From: Planctomycetota bacterium
GTDB taxonomy: Bacteria; Planctomycetota; J058
Assembly: GCA_019636275.1 (NCBI GenBank)
Contig: JAHBXY010000002.1
Location: forward strand, 56,213-120,212
Direction of reading: 5' to 3'
DNA length: 64,000 bases
The notes below the pieces were generated by a model. That model had not been told where the DNA came from. It saw only the letters and a program-made list of their open reading frames with translations, and did no database searches. The position numbers and the translations under genes were made by a program. This document shows, piece after piece, positions 28,288 through 37,734 of the stretch (positions within the stretch are counted from its first letter, which is position 1; each line of letters starts with the position of its first letter).

Positions 28288-30053
28288 TACTCGCCCTCGC
28301 AACAGCCGGCGCCGATGCTGCCCTTGAGGATCTCGGTCTTGAGGAGGAACGCGCCGACCGAGACGACGGCCTCACCGTCCGAGAGGCCCGCGAGCACCTC
28401 GACGTGCGTGTCCGTCGCGCCGCCGAGTTGCACCTTCCGCGGCAGGAAGGCCGTGTCGCCCTCCGGGAGGAAGACGACGTTGCAGCAGCCCTCCCACTGC
28501 ACGGCCTCCCTCGGCACGAGCAGCGCGTCGCCTCGGTCGGAGAGGGTCACCTGCGCCGTGCCGAACAGGTTCGCGCGCAGACGGCCGTCGCCGTTCTTCA
28601 GCTCCGCGCGCGCCTTGAGCGTGCGCGTCCGTCGGTCGACCTCGCTCGAGATCCACGTGATGTGTCCCGAGAAGCTCTCCCCCCGCAGCGCATGAACCGC
28701 GAACACGACCGGCTGGTCGGGCGCGATCCGCGCGATCGCCGCCTCCGGCACGTCGAGCAGCGCCCACATGGTGTCGGTGTCGACGATCGTCAGCAGCGGC
28801 TGCCTGGTCTCCACGACCTGGCCGCGGACCGCGTCTCGCCTCACGACCACACCGGCGAAGGGGGCCCGGATCGCGAGCGTCGAGTCGCGCGCGTTTGCGC
28901 CACCTTCGCGGACCTTCGCCGCCTGGTCAGCGGTGAGCCCGATGCTTCGGAGGCGCTGCTCAGCCCTGGCCAGGTCCGCCTTCACCTCCGTCCTGCGAGT
29001 ATCCGCGTCGATCACGGCGCGCTGCGTGCCCAGCCCTCGCTCGACGAGGCCCAGCTCGCGGGCATGGTTCCGCTCCCACAGCTCGAGCATCGAGACCGCG
29101 GTCGTCAGCTCGGACTTCGCGGCGCCGAGCTCCGGCGACTCGATCGACGCGAGGACCGCGCCCTCTTCGACCCAGTCGCCGAGCTTCGCGTTGACCTCCA
29201 CGACCGTGCCCGGAACGCGCGAGGACACCTCCGCGCGACGGTCCGCGGCGTAGACGATCTCCACGTTCACGGTCGTCAGGTCGCGGAACGGCGCGCGCAC
29301 CACCGGCGTCGTCACGATCCCGGTCTGACGCACGACGTCCGCCGAGGCGAGCTGGATCTTCTGGGCGTGCTTCCGACAGCCGACGACCGGCGACGAATGC
29401 CGCCGCGCCTCCGGCGACATGGGCGCGCTCGCCGGCGGCGGCGCGGCGAGCCGCGGGTTGCAGATCACGCACTGGCTCTCGGGCACCTCGTGCTCGGCGC
29501 ACCAGTCGAACGTCTTCTTGAAGGCGGGGATCAGCGCCGCGTTGCAGCGGGTGCACAGCGCCTCGGGCACGCCGTGCTCGGTGCACATGCCCCGTTGCTC
29601 GACGAGGGCCGGCGAGCAGATGAAGCAGATCGCCTCCGCAACGCCGTGCTCTCCACAGAACGCGCCTTCGCCTTGACCATGACCCGACCCGCCCGGCGCG
29701 GGCGGCTTGTGTCGGCCCGCGACCTCCGGGTTGCAGGTGACGCACTGCGACTCCGGCAGGTTGTGCTCCGCGCACCAGTCGTTGATCGCCTTGAACGCAG
29801 GGATGACGTCCTTGTGGCAGCGGGTGCAGATCGCCTCGGGGACGCCGTGTCCGCCGCAGAAGCCCTTCGTCTCGAGGAGCGCGGGCGTGCAGAACGGACA
29901 CTCCGCCGTCGACAGCGTGTGCGGACACGTGCCCGTCGCCGCCGCCGCGGGCCCCACGCCTCGACTGCGCATGACGTGGAAGCGATAGCCTGCGCCGACC
30001 AGGAGCAGGACGAGGATCCCGGCGAGCGCCAGGTTCTTCTTCGTGGTGTTCAT
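28287..30053 (-). CDS. RND membrane-fusion adaptor with an N-terminal array of four C-x-(E/G)H-x-(V/L)PE-x-x-C-x-x-C modules and C-terminal Cys pairs (EGCCN, GAGCCEGE)
   Basis: GGGAGGA RBS; TM anchor LALAGILVLLLVGAGY; CGGHGVPEAICTRCH, CAEHNLPESQCVTCNP, CGEHGVAEAICFICSP, CTEHGVPEALCTRCN, CAEHEVPESQCVICNP; HlyD-like core. Confidence 0.8.
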   Translation of the reverse strand: MNTTKKNLALAGILVLLLVGAGYRFHVMRSRGVGPAAAATGTCPHTLSTAECPFCTPALLETKGFCGGHGVPEAICTRCHKDVIPAFKAINDWCAEHNLPESQCVTCNPEVAGRHKPPAPGGSGHGQGEGAFCGEHGVAEAICFICSPALVEQRGMCTEHGVPEALCTRCNAALIPAFKKTFDWCAEHEVPESQCVICNPRLAAPPPASAPMSPEARRHSSPVVGCRKHAQKIQLASADVVRQTGIVTTPVVRAPFRDLTTVNVEIVYAADRRAEVSSRVPGTVVEVNAKLGDWVEEGAVLASIESPELGAAKSELTTAVSMLELWERNHARELGLVERGLGTQRAVIDADTRRTEVKADLARAEQRLRSIGLTADQAAKVREGGANARDSTLAIRAPFAGVVVRRDAVRGQVVETRQPLLTIVDTDTMWALLDVPEAAIARIAPDQPVVFAVHALRGESFSGHITWISSEVDRRTRTLKARAELKNGDGRLRANLFGTAQVTLSDRGDALLVPREAVQWEGCCNVVFLPEGDTAFLPRKVQLGGATDTHVEVLAGLSDGEAVVSVGAFLLKTEILKGSIGAGCCEGE

Positions 30054-30221
30054 GCGAGTCCTCCCGCTCCGCGAAGTCGCGGAGTCGGTGCCGGGTGCGT
30101 GGTGTTCTTGAAGCGTGAACGCGGACCACGCGCCGCCGTGAGACGACGGCGACGCGCTGGTCGCGTGGACGTGCAGGGGCACCGTGGGCGGAGTCTCTCC
30201 GCGAACGGCGACTACACGGAG

Positions 30222-30620
30222 CTACGCTCGGGGCGGGTGAAAGACCTCGAGCGGCTGCACATGGCGAGCGCCGGCGCGGTCGAGCGTCGACGACCGAGCA
30301 CCGGGCAGATCAGCCACGACAGACGGACCAGCGTCCGTGCCGAGGGGTAGCCCACCGCAGCAGCCGCAGTGACATCCCGAATCGCAGCCGTCCTTCGGGA
30401 CCGGTGCGCCGGCGTCGTTCTCGACCGCGAGGCCGTCGTCGCAGCCGTCGCTGCCGTCCGCGGGGATGCTCGGGCAGCACGCCGAACCGTGGGAATGAGC
30501 GGCCTCCGACCGGAACGCGTCGAGCGGGATGTGCAGCACCAGCACGCCCACGATCAGGGCGAAGCAGATCAGCGAGGTGAACCCGGCCGGGCGATGCACA
30601 GGCTGCGACCGTACCAGCAT
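30222..30620 (-). CDS. small membrane-anchored Cys-rich protein (HSHGSACCP...CDDG...DGCDSGCHCGCCGG)
   Basis: N-terminal TM helix; 12 Cys in 132 aa; upstream of the third RND operon on the same strand. Confidence 0.45.
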   Translation of the reverse strand: MLVRSQPVHRPAGFTSLICFALIVGVLVLHIPLDAFRSEAAHSHGSACCPSIPADGSDGCDDGLAVENDAGAPVPKDGCDSGCHCGCCGGLPLGTDAGPSVVADLPGARSSTLDRAGARHVQPLEVFHPPRA

Positions 30621-30650
30621 GTCGTTGAGCCATCAAGCTTCAGTAAGCTC

Positions 30651-30908
30651 ATGCCGAGGATCTGCATGATCGAGCCCGCCACGACCTACCTTCTCCTCCT
30701 TCTCGTGCAGGCGCTGCACCTGCTGCATCACCGCCTTGCGAAGCGGCACATCAGCTTCGCCGAGGTCACCTCGGCCGCCGTCCTCTGCGTCCCGTTGACG
30801 GCGCCGGCGCCCGCCTGGCTGTTCTGCTCCGTGCACCTGGCCCTCGTCGCCGTGCAGGTGATCGGGAGCGTGTGGATCCGTCGGCTTTCGCCGGACTGGG
30901 GTAAGTGA
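30651..30908 (+). CDS. small hydrophobic membrane protein, unknown function
   Basis: High GC3; two hydrophobic helices; stop overlaps GTG of the next ORF (GTGA). Confidence 0.35.
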   Translation: MPRICMIEPATTYLLLLLVQALHLLHHRLAKRHISFAEVTSAAVLCVPLTAPAPAWLFCSVHLALVAVQVIGSVWIRRLSPDWGK

Positions 30909-31123
30909 GCCGTGTGGCCGCGACCGTCGAGGTCGTCACGACGTACGCGCTCAGCGTGCGCACCGGCGCCTGGACGGGCAACTCGGTCACCGGCCAGACG
31001 AACACGGGCCAGATGCATGTGCGCGTGCAGCAGAGCCGCGACTGGGTCCTCGCGCAGTTCGACAACCGTACCGGCTGGATTCAGATTCACGGCGACTACA
31101 CGCACACCGTCTCGCCGGGGTGA
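30905..31123 (+). CDS. small SH3b-like (bacterial SH3) domain protein
   Basis: YALSVRTGAWTGNSVTGQTNTGQMHVRVQQSRDWVLAQFDNRTGWIQIHGDY fits the SH3_3 pattern (LxVRxG...G..V.V....W..V....G.GWI); high GC3. Confidence 0.35.
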   Translation: MSRVAATVEVVTTYALSVRTGAWTGNSVTGQTNTGQMHVRVQQSRDWVLAQFDNRTGWIQIHGDYTHTVSPG

Positions 31124-31585
31124 TCGGCTGACGGCCGCAAGGGCGAGGCATGCCCGCCGCATGATGCGGGCGAGATGGATCGGATTCGCGTGGTGTGGAA
31201 CTCCTAAGTCCAGTGGCCGCACACCATCCTCCAGGAGTCGGATGGGCCGGGTAGTCTAGCCGCAGGGCGGCTTTCATCGCTTTAAATGTTTCTGCTCGCG
31301 ATCCTGCAGTTTTGACGACTTAACCCGTGCTGCGCCAGCTGTCCGGTTTGATGTGGCAGGGCTGTTCTGCCAAATTGACAACGTGGCGCTGGGTCAGGGT
31401 TCATCCTGCGTCGGTTGCGCGTGGCCCGCCCTGTGCAGGTGAGGTGCGGCCAGGCGTTCGACTCCGGTCTGCCCCAAACCCACACCGAACCATCGGCGGT
31501 GCGGTCCCGGGCGGCGACTTTGAAGGTTGTTCCTCCGGGAGGGCCAACGTCGCGGTCAGTCGTGCTCGGGCGGTGGAGGGAGCTC

Positions 31586-32788
31586 ATGAGTACACGCCCC
31601 ACGAAGGAGGGACCACGCCCGACCAGGCGAACGCGCCCTGGCCCCGCTGACGCGATGAGCAGGCACATTCCTCCCGCAGTTCGGTGCTCTCTCTGGGGAC
31701 GGGCTTCAGGTCGTTGCGAGTTCTCGGGCTGCAACCGTGCCGTGTCGTGGCACGCGGTGACGATGGAGGCGGGCAACTTCGCGGAAGTCGCGCACATCGT
31801 CGGGTTCAGCAAGGACGGACCCCGCGGTGAGGCCTTCCTCTCCGCGGACCTCGCCAAGGACGTTTCGAATCTCATGCTCCTCTGCCGTGGGTGTCACGAC
31901 CTCGTCGACAAGGACCCCACGAACTATACGGTGCATGTGCTCCAGGACATGAAGCTGGCCCATGAGCAGCGCGTGGAGCTGGTCACGGGCATCGCCGAGG
32001 AGAAGAAGAGCCACGTCCTGCTCTACTCCGCCAACGTCGGCGACCACGGTCCGGCGTCTACGTTCCAGCGGGCTGCGACCGCCATGTCCCCCGACTCGTA
32101 TCCGGCAGAGACGTATGCGATCTCACTTGGGTTCTCGAACAGCGCCATTCGCGACACCGACGACGACTTCTGGGCGATCGAGCAGAGGAACCTGACCGCG
32201 TCCCTGAAGGAGCGGCTGCGACCTCGGCTGGCTCGAGGCGGCGACATCTCCCACCTCGCCATCTTCGCGGTCGCGCCTCAGCCGCTGCTCATGCAGCTCG
32301 GATTCTCGCTGTCCGACATTCCTTCGGCCGAGACCTTTCAGCTGCATCGTGAGCCTCCAGGTTGGAAGTGGCGCTCTCACCCGCCGCGGTCACGGTTCGT
32401 TGTTGTGGAGCCGACCGAGATACGCGGGGCCCCAGCCCTCGTGCTCTCGTTGAGCGCGTCCATCTCGCCCGAGCGCGTCAAGGCTGTCCTGGGCGAGGAC
32501 GTGACGATCTGGACCCTCACGGTCGACGAGCCGCACAACGATTTCCTGCAATCGCGACAGCAGTTGAAAGAGTTCCGCGAGACGGTCCGGCCGCTCCTTG
32601 ACCTGATCAAGCTCAAGCACGGCGAGAGCTCGTTGCTGCACGTCTTCCCTGCCATGCCCGTCTCGACTGCGGTCGACTTCGGTCGTGTGCTCATGGCCAA
32701 GGCCGACCTGCCGATCAGGGTCTACGACCAGAACCGGTCCAAGGGCGGCTTCGTCCATGCTTTGGATCTCGTGTCGAGTCCTTTGTAG
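31586..32788 (+). CDS. cap5: CBASS effector, Cap5-like: N-terminal HNH endonuclease + C-terminal SAVED domain
   Basis: HNH motif CSLWGRASGRCEFSGCN...AEVAHIVGF...LMLLCRGCHDLVDKDP; SAVED-like halves HLAIFAVAPQPLLMQLGFSL / LLHVFPAMPVSTAVDFGRVL; GGAGGG RBS before ATG 31586 (alternative ATG 31655). Confidence 0.65.
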   Translation: MSTRPTKEGPRPTRRTRPGPADAMSRHIPPAVRCSLWGRASGRCEFSGCNRAVSWHAVTMEAGNFAEVAHIVGFSKDGPRGEAFLSADLAKDVSNLMLLCRGCHDLVDKDPTNYTVHVLQDMKLAHEQRVELVTGIAEEKKSHVLLYSANVGDHGPASTFQRAATAMSPDSYPAETYAISLGFSNSAIRDTDDDFWAIEQRNLTASLKERLRPRLARGGDISHLAIFAVAPQPLLMQLGFSLSDIPSAETFQLHREPPGWKWRSHPPRSRFVVVEPTEIRGAPALVLSLSASISPERVKAVLGEDVTIWTLTVDEPHNDFLQSRQQLKEFRETVRPLLDLIKLKHGESSLLHVFPAMPVSTAVDFGRVLMAKADLPIRVYDQNRSKGGFVHALDLVSSPL

Positions 32789-32803
32789 GACGAGAGGGCC
32801 AAC

Positions 32804-33536
32804 ATGGCAGAGCACCTTTCACCGGAGCGCATGGAGCAGTTCAGCCGCATCCTCGGGGATCTGGCCGACGACCTCGATGTTCCACCGTCGAAGTATGAGG
32901 AAGCGAAGGAGCACTACGACGCGGTAGGGGCGTGGCTGAACGACAGCCCCGACCTGGCCGCCCTGAACCCGACCATCTACCCACAGGGGTCCTTCGCTCT
33001 TGGCACCGCGATCAAGCCGGTTGGCGATGGCGACTATGACGTCGATGCCGTCTGCGTACTCCAGCTCAGCACCGCGACCACGACCCAGCACGCAGTGAAA
33101 ACTCTCGTCGGTGATCGCCTGAAGGAGAACAAGACGTATGCCCGCATGCTGCACCCCAAGGCGGGTGGGCGTCGTTGTTGGACCCTCAAGTACGCTGACT
33201 CGTCCAACTTTCATCTCGACATCTTGCCGGCCGTTCCCGATAGCCAAAGGGAGCTTGTCCGGCTCGGCGTCCCGCCCGAGATCGCGAAGTACGCAATCTG
33301 CATCACCGATCGCGAGCTCTGGGCCGTCGCGTTGACCTGGCCGCGGAGCAACCCGCAGGGCTACGTCGAGTGGTTCAAGTCGCGGATGCGCGTTGTCTTT
33401 GAAGAGCGTCGCCAGCTACGCGCGCTTGAGATTCGCGCCTCGGTCCAGGACATTCAGGACTATCAGGTCCGAACGCCCCTTCAACGTCTCATTCAGCTCC
33501 TGAAGCCCACGTTCCAGAGATCTCGGCCGTGCTCCG
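32804..33536 (+). pseudogene. nucleotidyltransferase (SMODS/CD-NTase-like; GS...DxD motif), N-terminal fragment interrupted by an IS1634-family insertion
   Basis: YPQGSFALGTAIKPVGDGDYDVDAVCVL; reading frame runs into the IS inverted repeat at ~33537. Confidence 0.55.
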
Positions 33537-35688
33537 CCCAATTATGTGTCTGCCAGAGTGGGGCTGAGTCGTCCTGCGCGTCCTCGGCGACGGGCTACTT
33601 CGCCTTCTTGGCCCTCCAGCCGCGGTGGCGTGGCTTCGGCTCCGCGAGTTGGGCATAGGCGACGCCAGGATCCGTCAGCATCGAGTGGTTGAGCAGCTCG
33701 AGCGCGTCACGCTGTGCGGTCGTCATGTTCGTCACGGTCACGCCGGGCACCCCGTCGACGCGGATCGTGTTGATCCCCTCGAAGAGACGGAAGACGACCT
33801 CCGTGGTCGGTCGCGTGGTCCAGCCCTTGTTCCCCGGGAAGTCGGCCCCGTGCTGCTCGAGGAGGCGGCGCACCTCCCGCTGGATGAGCGCGTAGACCAT
33901 CAGGGCCAGCACGTAAACGAGACCGAGCGCCGCGATCCGGGCGTCGGTCTTCAGGAACAGCGGCGCCACCTGTTGTGGATTCTTGAAGATCCGGATCGCG
34001 GTCTCGACCAGGTTCTGGTCCTGGTACGTGCGGAAGAGCTCCTGGTCCGAGCAAGCGTCGGGCCCCGTCGACGGGCGGGTCGTGATCAGGACGAAGCAAC
34101 TCTCGCGAAGGATAGCCTCGTCGACGTCGTGCTGGTCGTGTTCGATCGTGAGCACGGCGCGCCATACCGTTTCCATTTCGCGCTGCTCGTCTGCTGGCGG
34201 TCGTCCCGGGCCGGGGCGCTTCGTCGGTCGACGCTCGGCCACCACGCCAGCGACAAGCCGGTGAAGGTCTGGGCCGTGCCGCTCGATCGCGGCCGCAGCC
34301 GCGCGCCGGGCGTCCTCGTCGCACTTGAACTCGCGCTTGCCGAGCCGGACTGCGATCCGTTCGAGGCTCTTGCGCTCCTTGTCTCGTCGCGCCTCGATGA
34401 TCGCCGTCTTCTGCTCGCGCAAGGTCGTGGACTCAACGACGAGAGCGCGGATCGGGAACTCGTGCTCGACGCCGGTCGACTCGTCCTTCCAGCGATAGGA
34501 GAGGGCACACGAGCGGCCGTTCCACTCCTTCTCCGGCTCCGCCTCGAGGTCGTCGACGGCAGTCCCGTCCTCCAGGAACACCTTCGGGTAGACGACCTTC
34601 AGGCGAGTGAGCGGCTCGTCGCGCCCGAGAGCCGCGCGGAAGGCAGTGAACGCCTCCCCCCAGAGCCCGACACCGCGCGGCATCATCGTCAGGACATGGA
34701 AGCCGTGCTTCTGCGCGAGCAGCAGCGTCTCGCCCGAGAAGAGCTTGGCGTCGCCGACGATCGTCGTGCCCCGTGGGTCGGGGAGGACCTCGGCGAGGCG
34801 CCCCATGAGCCAACGGGTCTCCTGCGGGTCACTGCGGTTGCCGGACGACACGCGACCGAGAACGGCGACGCCGCCGTCGCAGGCCACGGCCAGTCCGTAC
34901 ACGATCTGCTTCAGGTCGCTCCGATAGTCCTTGCTGTGGCCTCTCGTGACGTGTGGAACCGCTCGCTCGTCCTCCGGGTCCAACGGCGGCACGCTGGCCG
35001 CATACTCGCCGTAGACCGAGACGGACGAGGTGTCGACGTGAATGGTCCCGAGCTCGAGGTCGTGCACTTTCACCGCACGAACGACGGCTGCAGCTTGGAT
35101 CTTCGTCGGGCCCGCGGCGAACGTGTCGTCGAGCGCCCGGGCCAACCGGTCGTCGTGGAACTGGGCGCAGCTCCCCTTCCAGCCGAACGCCAGCTCGAGG
35201 TCGTACGGCGCGAGGAGCTCGTCGATCCGATAGAGAGTGTGCCGGCCCAGCAGGATCGCGACGATCAGGGCCTCGACGCACTCACCCGCGCTCACACGAC
35301 TGCGCGGGTCCATGGGAACGATCTCGTCCACGAGGGCTGCGACGTCGAGCTGCCGCAGAGCACGTCCAATGATCGGCAAGAAGTCGAGGCGCTTCGCGCT
35401 GGCTTGCATGTGCCCTCTCCTCGCACGCCCGCGTGCGCGGGGCAAGGACAGCACGACAGCGGCCAGCACATCTCCAGCGTCCACGCCTCGCGCGGTCCAG
35501 TTGCGCATCCTTGCGCATCAGAAGCGTCTCCGGAGTGCAGCCGAACGGCGCCACGGAGTGGCCTCCAACACGGAGCTCCAACAGAATGCGCGCGGCGCGC
35601 CAGATGCACGCCAGTCGCCGCGGCTCGCCCCCCTGGGCGGCGGGGCGCCGTCGTCGGCTCTCAGTTGTTTGGCAATTACATAATTGGC
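33537..35688 (-). mobile_element. IS1634-family (IS4 superfamily) insertion sequence, ~2.15 kb, imperfect ~30-bp terminal inverted repeats (ccaattatgt...tgcca...ctgag)
   Basis: IRL 33537-33568 and IRR 35657-35688 are reverse-complementary; large DDE transposase inside. Confidence 0.65.
33595..35409 (-). CDS. IS1634-family DDE transposase (604 aa)
   Basis: Length and motifs typical of IS1634 (HVDTSSVSVYG, DGGVAVLGRV, PRGVGLWGEAFTAF); the antisense 782-aa ORF is rejected. Confidence 0.7.
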   Translation of the reverse strand: MQASAKRLDFLPIIGRALRQLDVAALVDEIVPMDPRSRVSAGECVEALIVAILLGRHTLYRIDELLAPYDLELAFGWKGSCAQFHDDRLARALDDTFAAGPTKIQAAAVVRAVKVHDLELGTIHVDTSSVSVYGEYAASVPPLDPEDERAVPHVTRGHSKDYRSDLKQIVYGLAVACDGGVAVLGRVSSGNRSDPQETRWLMGRLAEVLPDPRGTTIVGDAKLFSGETLLLAQKHGFHVLTMMPRGVGLWGEAFTAFRAALGRDEPLTRLKVVYPKVFLEDGTAVDDLEAEPEKEWNGRSCALSYRWKDESTGVEHEFPIRALVVESTTLREQKTAIIEARRDKERKSLERIAVRLGKREFKCDEDARRAAAAAIERHGPDLHRLVAGVVAERRPTKRPGPGRPPADEQREMETVWRAVLTIEHDQHDVDEAILRESCFVLITTRPSTGPDACSDQELFRTYQDQNLVETAIRIFKNPQQVAPLFLKTDARIAALGLVYVLALMVYALIQREVRRLLEQHGADFPGNKGWTTRPTTEVVFRLFEGINTIRVDGVPGVTVTNMTTAQRDALELLNHSMLTDPGVAYAQLAEPKPRHRGWRAKKAK

Positions 35689-36541
35689 GAAGCCTGGGCC
35701 GAGATGTCTGGAATGCGGGCTGAAGCGCCACCGCGATCTCCGTTACGACGACGACGACGACAAGCCAATCTCGATCATCATCACGACGCTGGCAGCCAAG
35801 GCCTATCGGAACGAGCGGGACCTGGGCTCCGCACTCCTGAACGTCGTTCCCGGAATGCGTCACGGGATCGAGCTGCGCGAAGGCAAGTGGTGGGTCCCCA
35901 ACCCCGTCGACCCGCGCGAAAACTTCGCCGACAAGTGGAACGAGACGCCTCGCAAATACGAGCTGTTCCGTGACTGGCTCCAGGCCGTCGAGACGGAGCA
36001 TCGAGCCCTCCTGAATTCGCTCGGGCCGAAATCGGGGCAAACCGTCGCAAGGCTGTTGTGTGAGTCGTACGGTGCCGACACCTCGAAGGGAGCCATCGAA
36101 AAGTTCGCCCGTCGGAATGACGCCGACACCTTCGTACTTACGGGGCCAAGGAACGCTCAGCGCTTCAGCATCGCGTATCGAGAGAATCCCCTCTGGCCTA
36201 TCTACCTGAAGCACCGCGTGACCATCTCGGGGCGCGCAACCAGGAACGGCTTCACGCCGTTCGCGTTCGAGAACGGTTCCACCGCGATTACAAAGCACTG
36301 TTCGCTTAGCTTCGCCGCGCACACCGACGTTCCCCGACCGTTCCAGGTGTTCTGGCAGGTTGTGAACACGGGCGCCGAGGCGGAGCGAGCCAAGTGCCTC
36401 CGCGGTGACCGCTTCTACCAGAGCGGTCCCACACACGATGAGATCACGCTCTATCGAGGCATGCACTGGGTGGAGTGCTTCGTCGTGAAGGACGGCATGT
36501 GCATCGCGCGGAGCGCCGAGTTCGTCGTCAACGTGCAATGA
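35689..36541 (+). pseudogene. C-terminal fragment of the IS-split nucleotidyltransferase (helical region PISIIITTLAAKAY + C-terminal beta-rich domain, possibly AGS-C-like)
   Basis: No plausible own start (TTG only); continues in-frame sense from the N-terminal fragment if the IS is removed. Confidence 0.45.
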
Positions 36542-36622
36542 CTGAGCCGGTGGCTCGGGCGCCCTAGCGAACAGGATCTCGCCGCAGGTCTCAATCGGAT
36601 CAATTAAAGAAGTGACTGCTGC

Positions 36623-37627
36623 ATGGCCACGACCGTCGACACAGCTTTTGAGGAGTTTCTTCGGACGAAGGTCAATCTCGACCCCGATGACACCGGAGGT
36701 GCCCGTAGGAGCCGCGATTGGCTCCTCGAACTGATCGCAAAGTTCCCGGACACATACGGCGACTTCCCTCTCCTCTACTCCGAACGAGACATTGCCTACG
36801 GCTCGTTCGCCCGTCGAACGAAAATCCGCGAACTCGACGACGTTGACCTGATTTCCTGCCTACACGCCACCGGGGGAACATACGTCGACCAAGGCTTCGG
36901 CGGGCCGATTCAGATCACCGTCCCAGCTTCCAGTCGACTCAGTGATTTTTGCCACGACAACAGCGCTAGCCTCAACTCCATCAAAGTGGTGAATCGTTTT
37001 GTGAAGGCATTGGCAGCCGTGCCGCAGTACAGCTCGGCAGCGATCAACAGGCGCGGCGAAGCGGCCGTCCTCGAACTCACGTCCTATCCATGGAGCTTCG
37101 ACGTCGTCCCAGGATTCTTCACTGCGCCAGACGCGCACGACCGAACCTACTACTTGATTCCAGACGGTAGCGGACACTGGAAGCGGACGGATCCGAGAAG
37201 GGACCGGGACCGGATCGCCAAGGTGAACCAAGACCATGACGGTCACGTTCTGAGCATCGTCCGTCTTATGAAGTACTGGAACCGACGCCCTACGATGCCT
37301 TCGGCACCTTCGTACATGTTCGAGTGCATGATCACGGACTACTACGAGGGGAGAGTTACGAAGGCAGTAAAGTGGGTCGACATCGAGACCGGCCAGGTAT
37401 TGCGGTACATTGCTGAGGCGGTCCTTGGTGTGGTGAACGACCCCAAGGGACTTCAGGGTGACCTGAACTCGCTGACTTTTGAGCAGCGCTGGGCAATCCG
37501 CGAGCGCGCCTTGCTCGATGCTGGACGGGCTGATGAGGCCCGCGCCCACGAGACGAGGAAGGATCATGAAAGGTCGATCAATAAGTGGCGCGAGGTCTTT
37601 GGACCGGAGTTCCCCCCATTTGAATGA
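36623..37627 (+). CDS. cdnX: cGAS/DncV-like nucleotidyltransferase (CD-NTase)
   Basis: YGSFARRTKIRELDDVDLISCL (GS...DhD active site), IVRLMKYWNRR helix typical of CD-NTases. Confidence 0.65.
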   Translation: MATTVDTAFEEFLRTKVNLDPDDTGGARRSRDWLLELIAKFPDTYGDFPLLYSERDIAYGSFARRTKIRELDDVDLISCLHATGGTYVDQGFGGPIQITVPASSRLSDFCHDNSASLNSIKVVNRFVKALAAVPQYSSAAINRRGEAAVLELTSYPWSFDVVPGFFTAPDAHDRTYYLIPDGSGHWKRTDPRRDRDRIAKVNQDHDGHVLSIVRLMKYWNRRPTMPSAPSYMFECMITDYYEGRVTKAVKWVDIETGQVLRYIAEAVLGVVNDPKGLQGDLNSLTFEQRWAIRERALLDAGRADEARAHETRKDHERSINKWREVFGPEFPPFE

Positions 37628-37734
37628 GGACAACGGGGACACGGACCCATACGGTTTGCGCCCGACCTGACGCATGCGGTGTGGCGACGCAAGTGTCGCC
37701 GTGTTGTTATTTGGCAACGAACGTGAGGAATTGA

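Noticed and set aside
31370-31410. TTGACA-containing candidate promoter for the Cap5 gene
   Set aside because: No acceptable -10 element at 16-19 bp spacing could be identified.
33520-35720. Target-site duplication for the IS1634-family element
   Set aside because: Only a degenerate 12-bp similarity (cagagatctcgg / ccgagatgtctgg) flanks the IRs, which is not convincing. IS ends are assigned from the inverted repeats alone.
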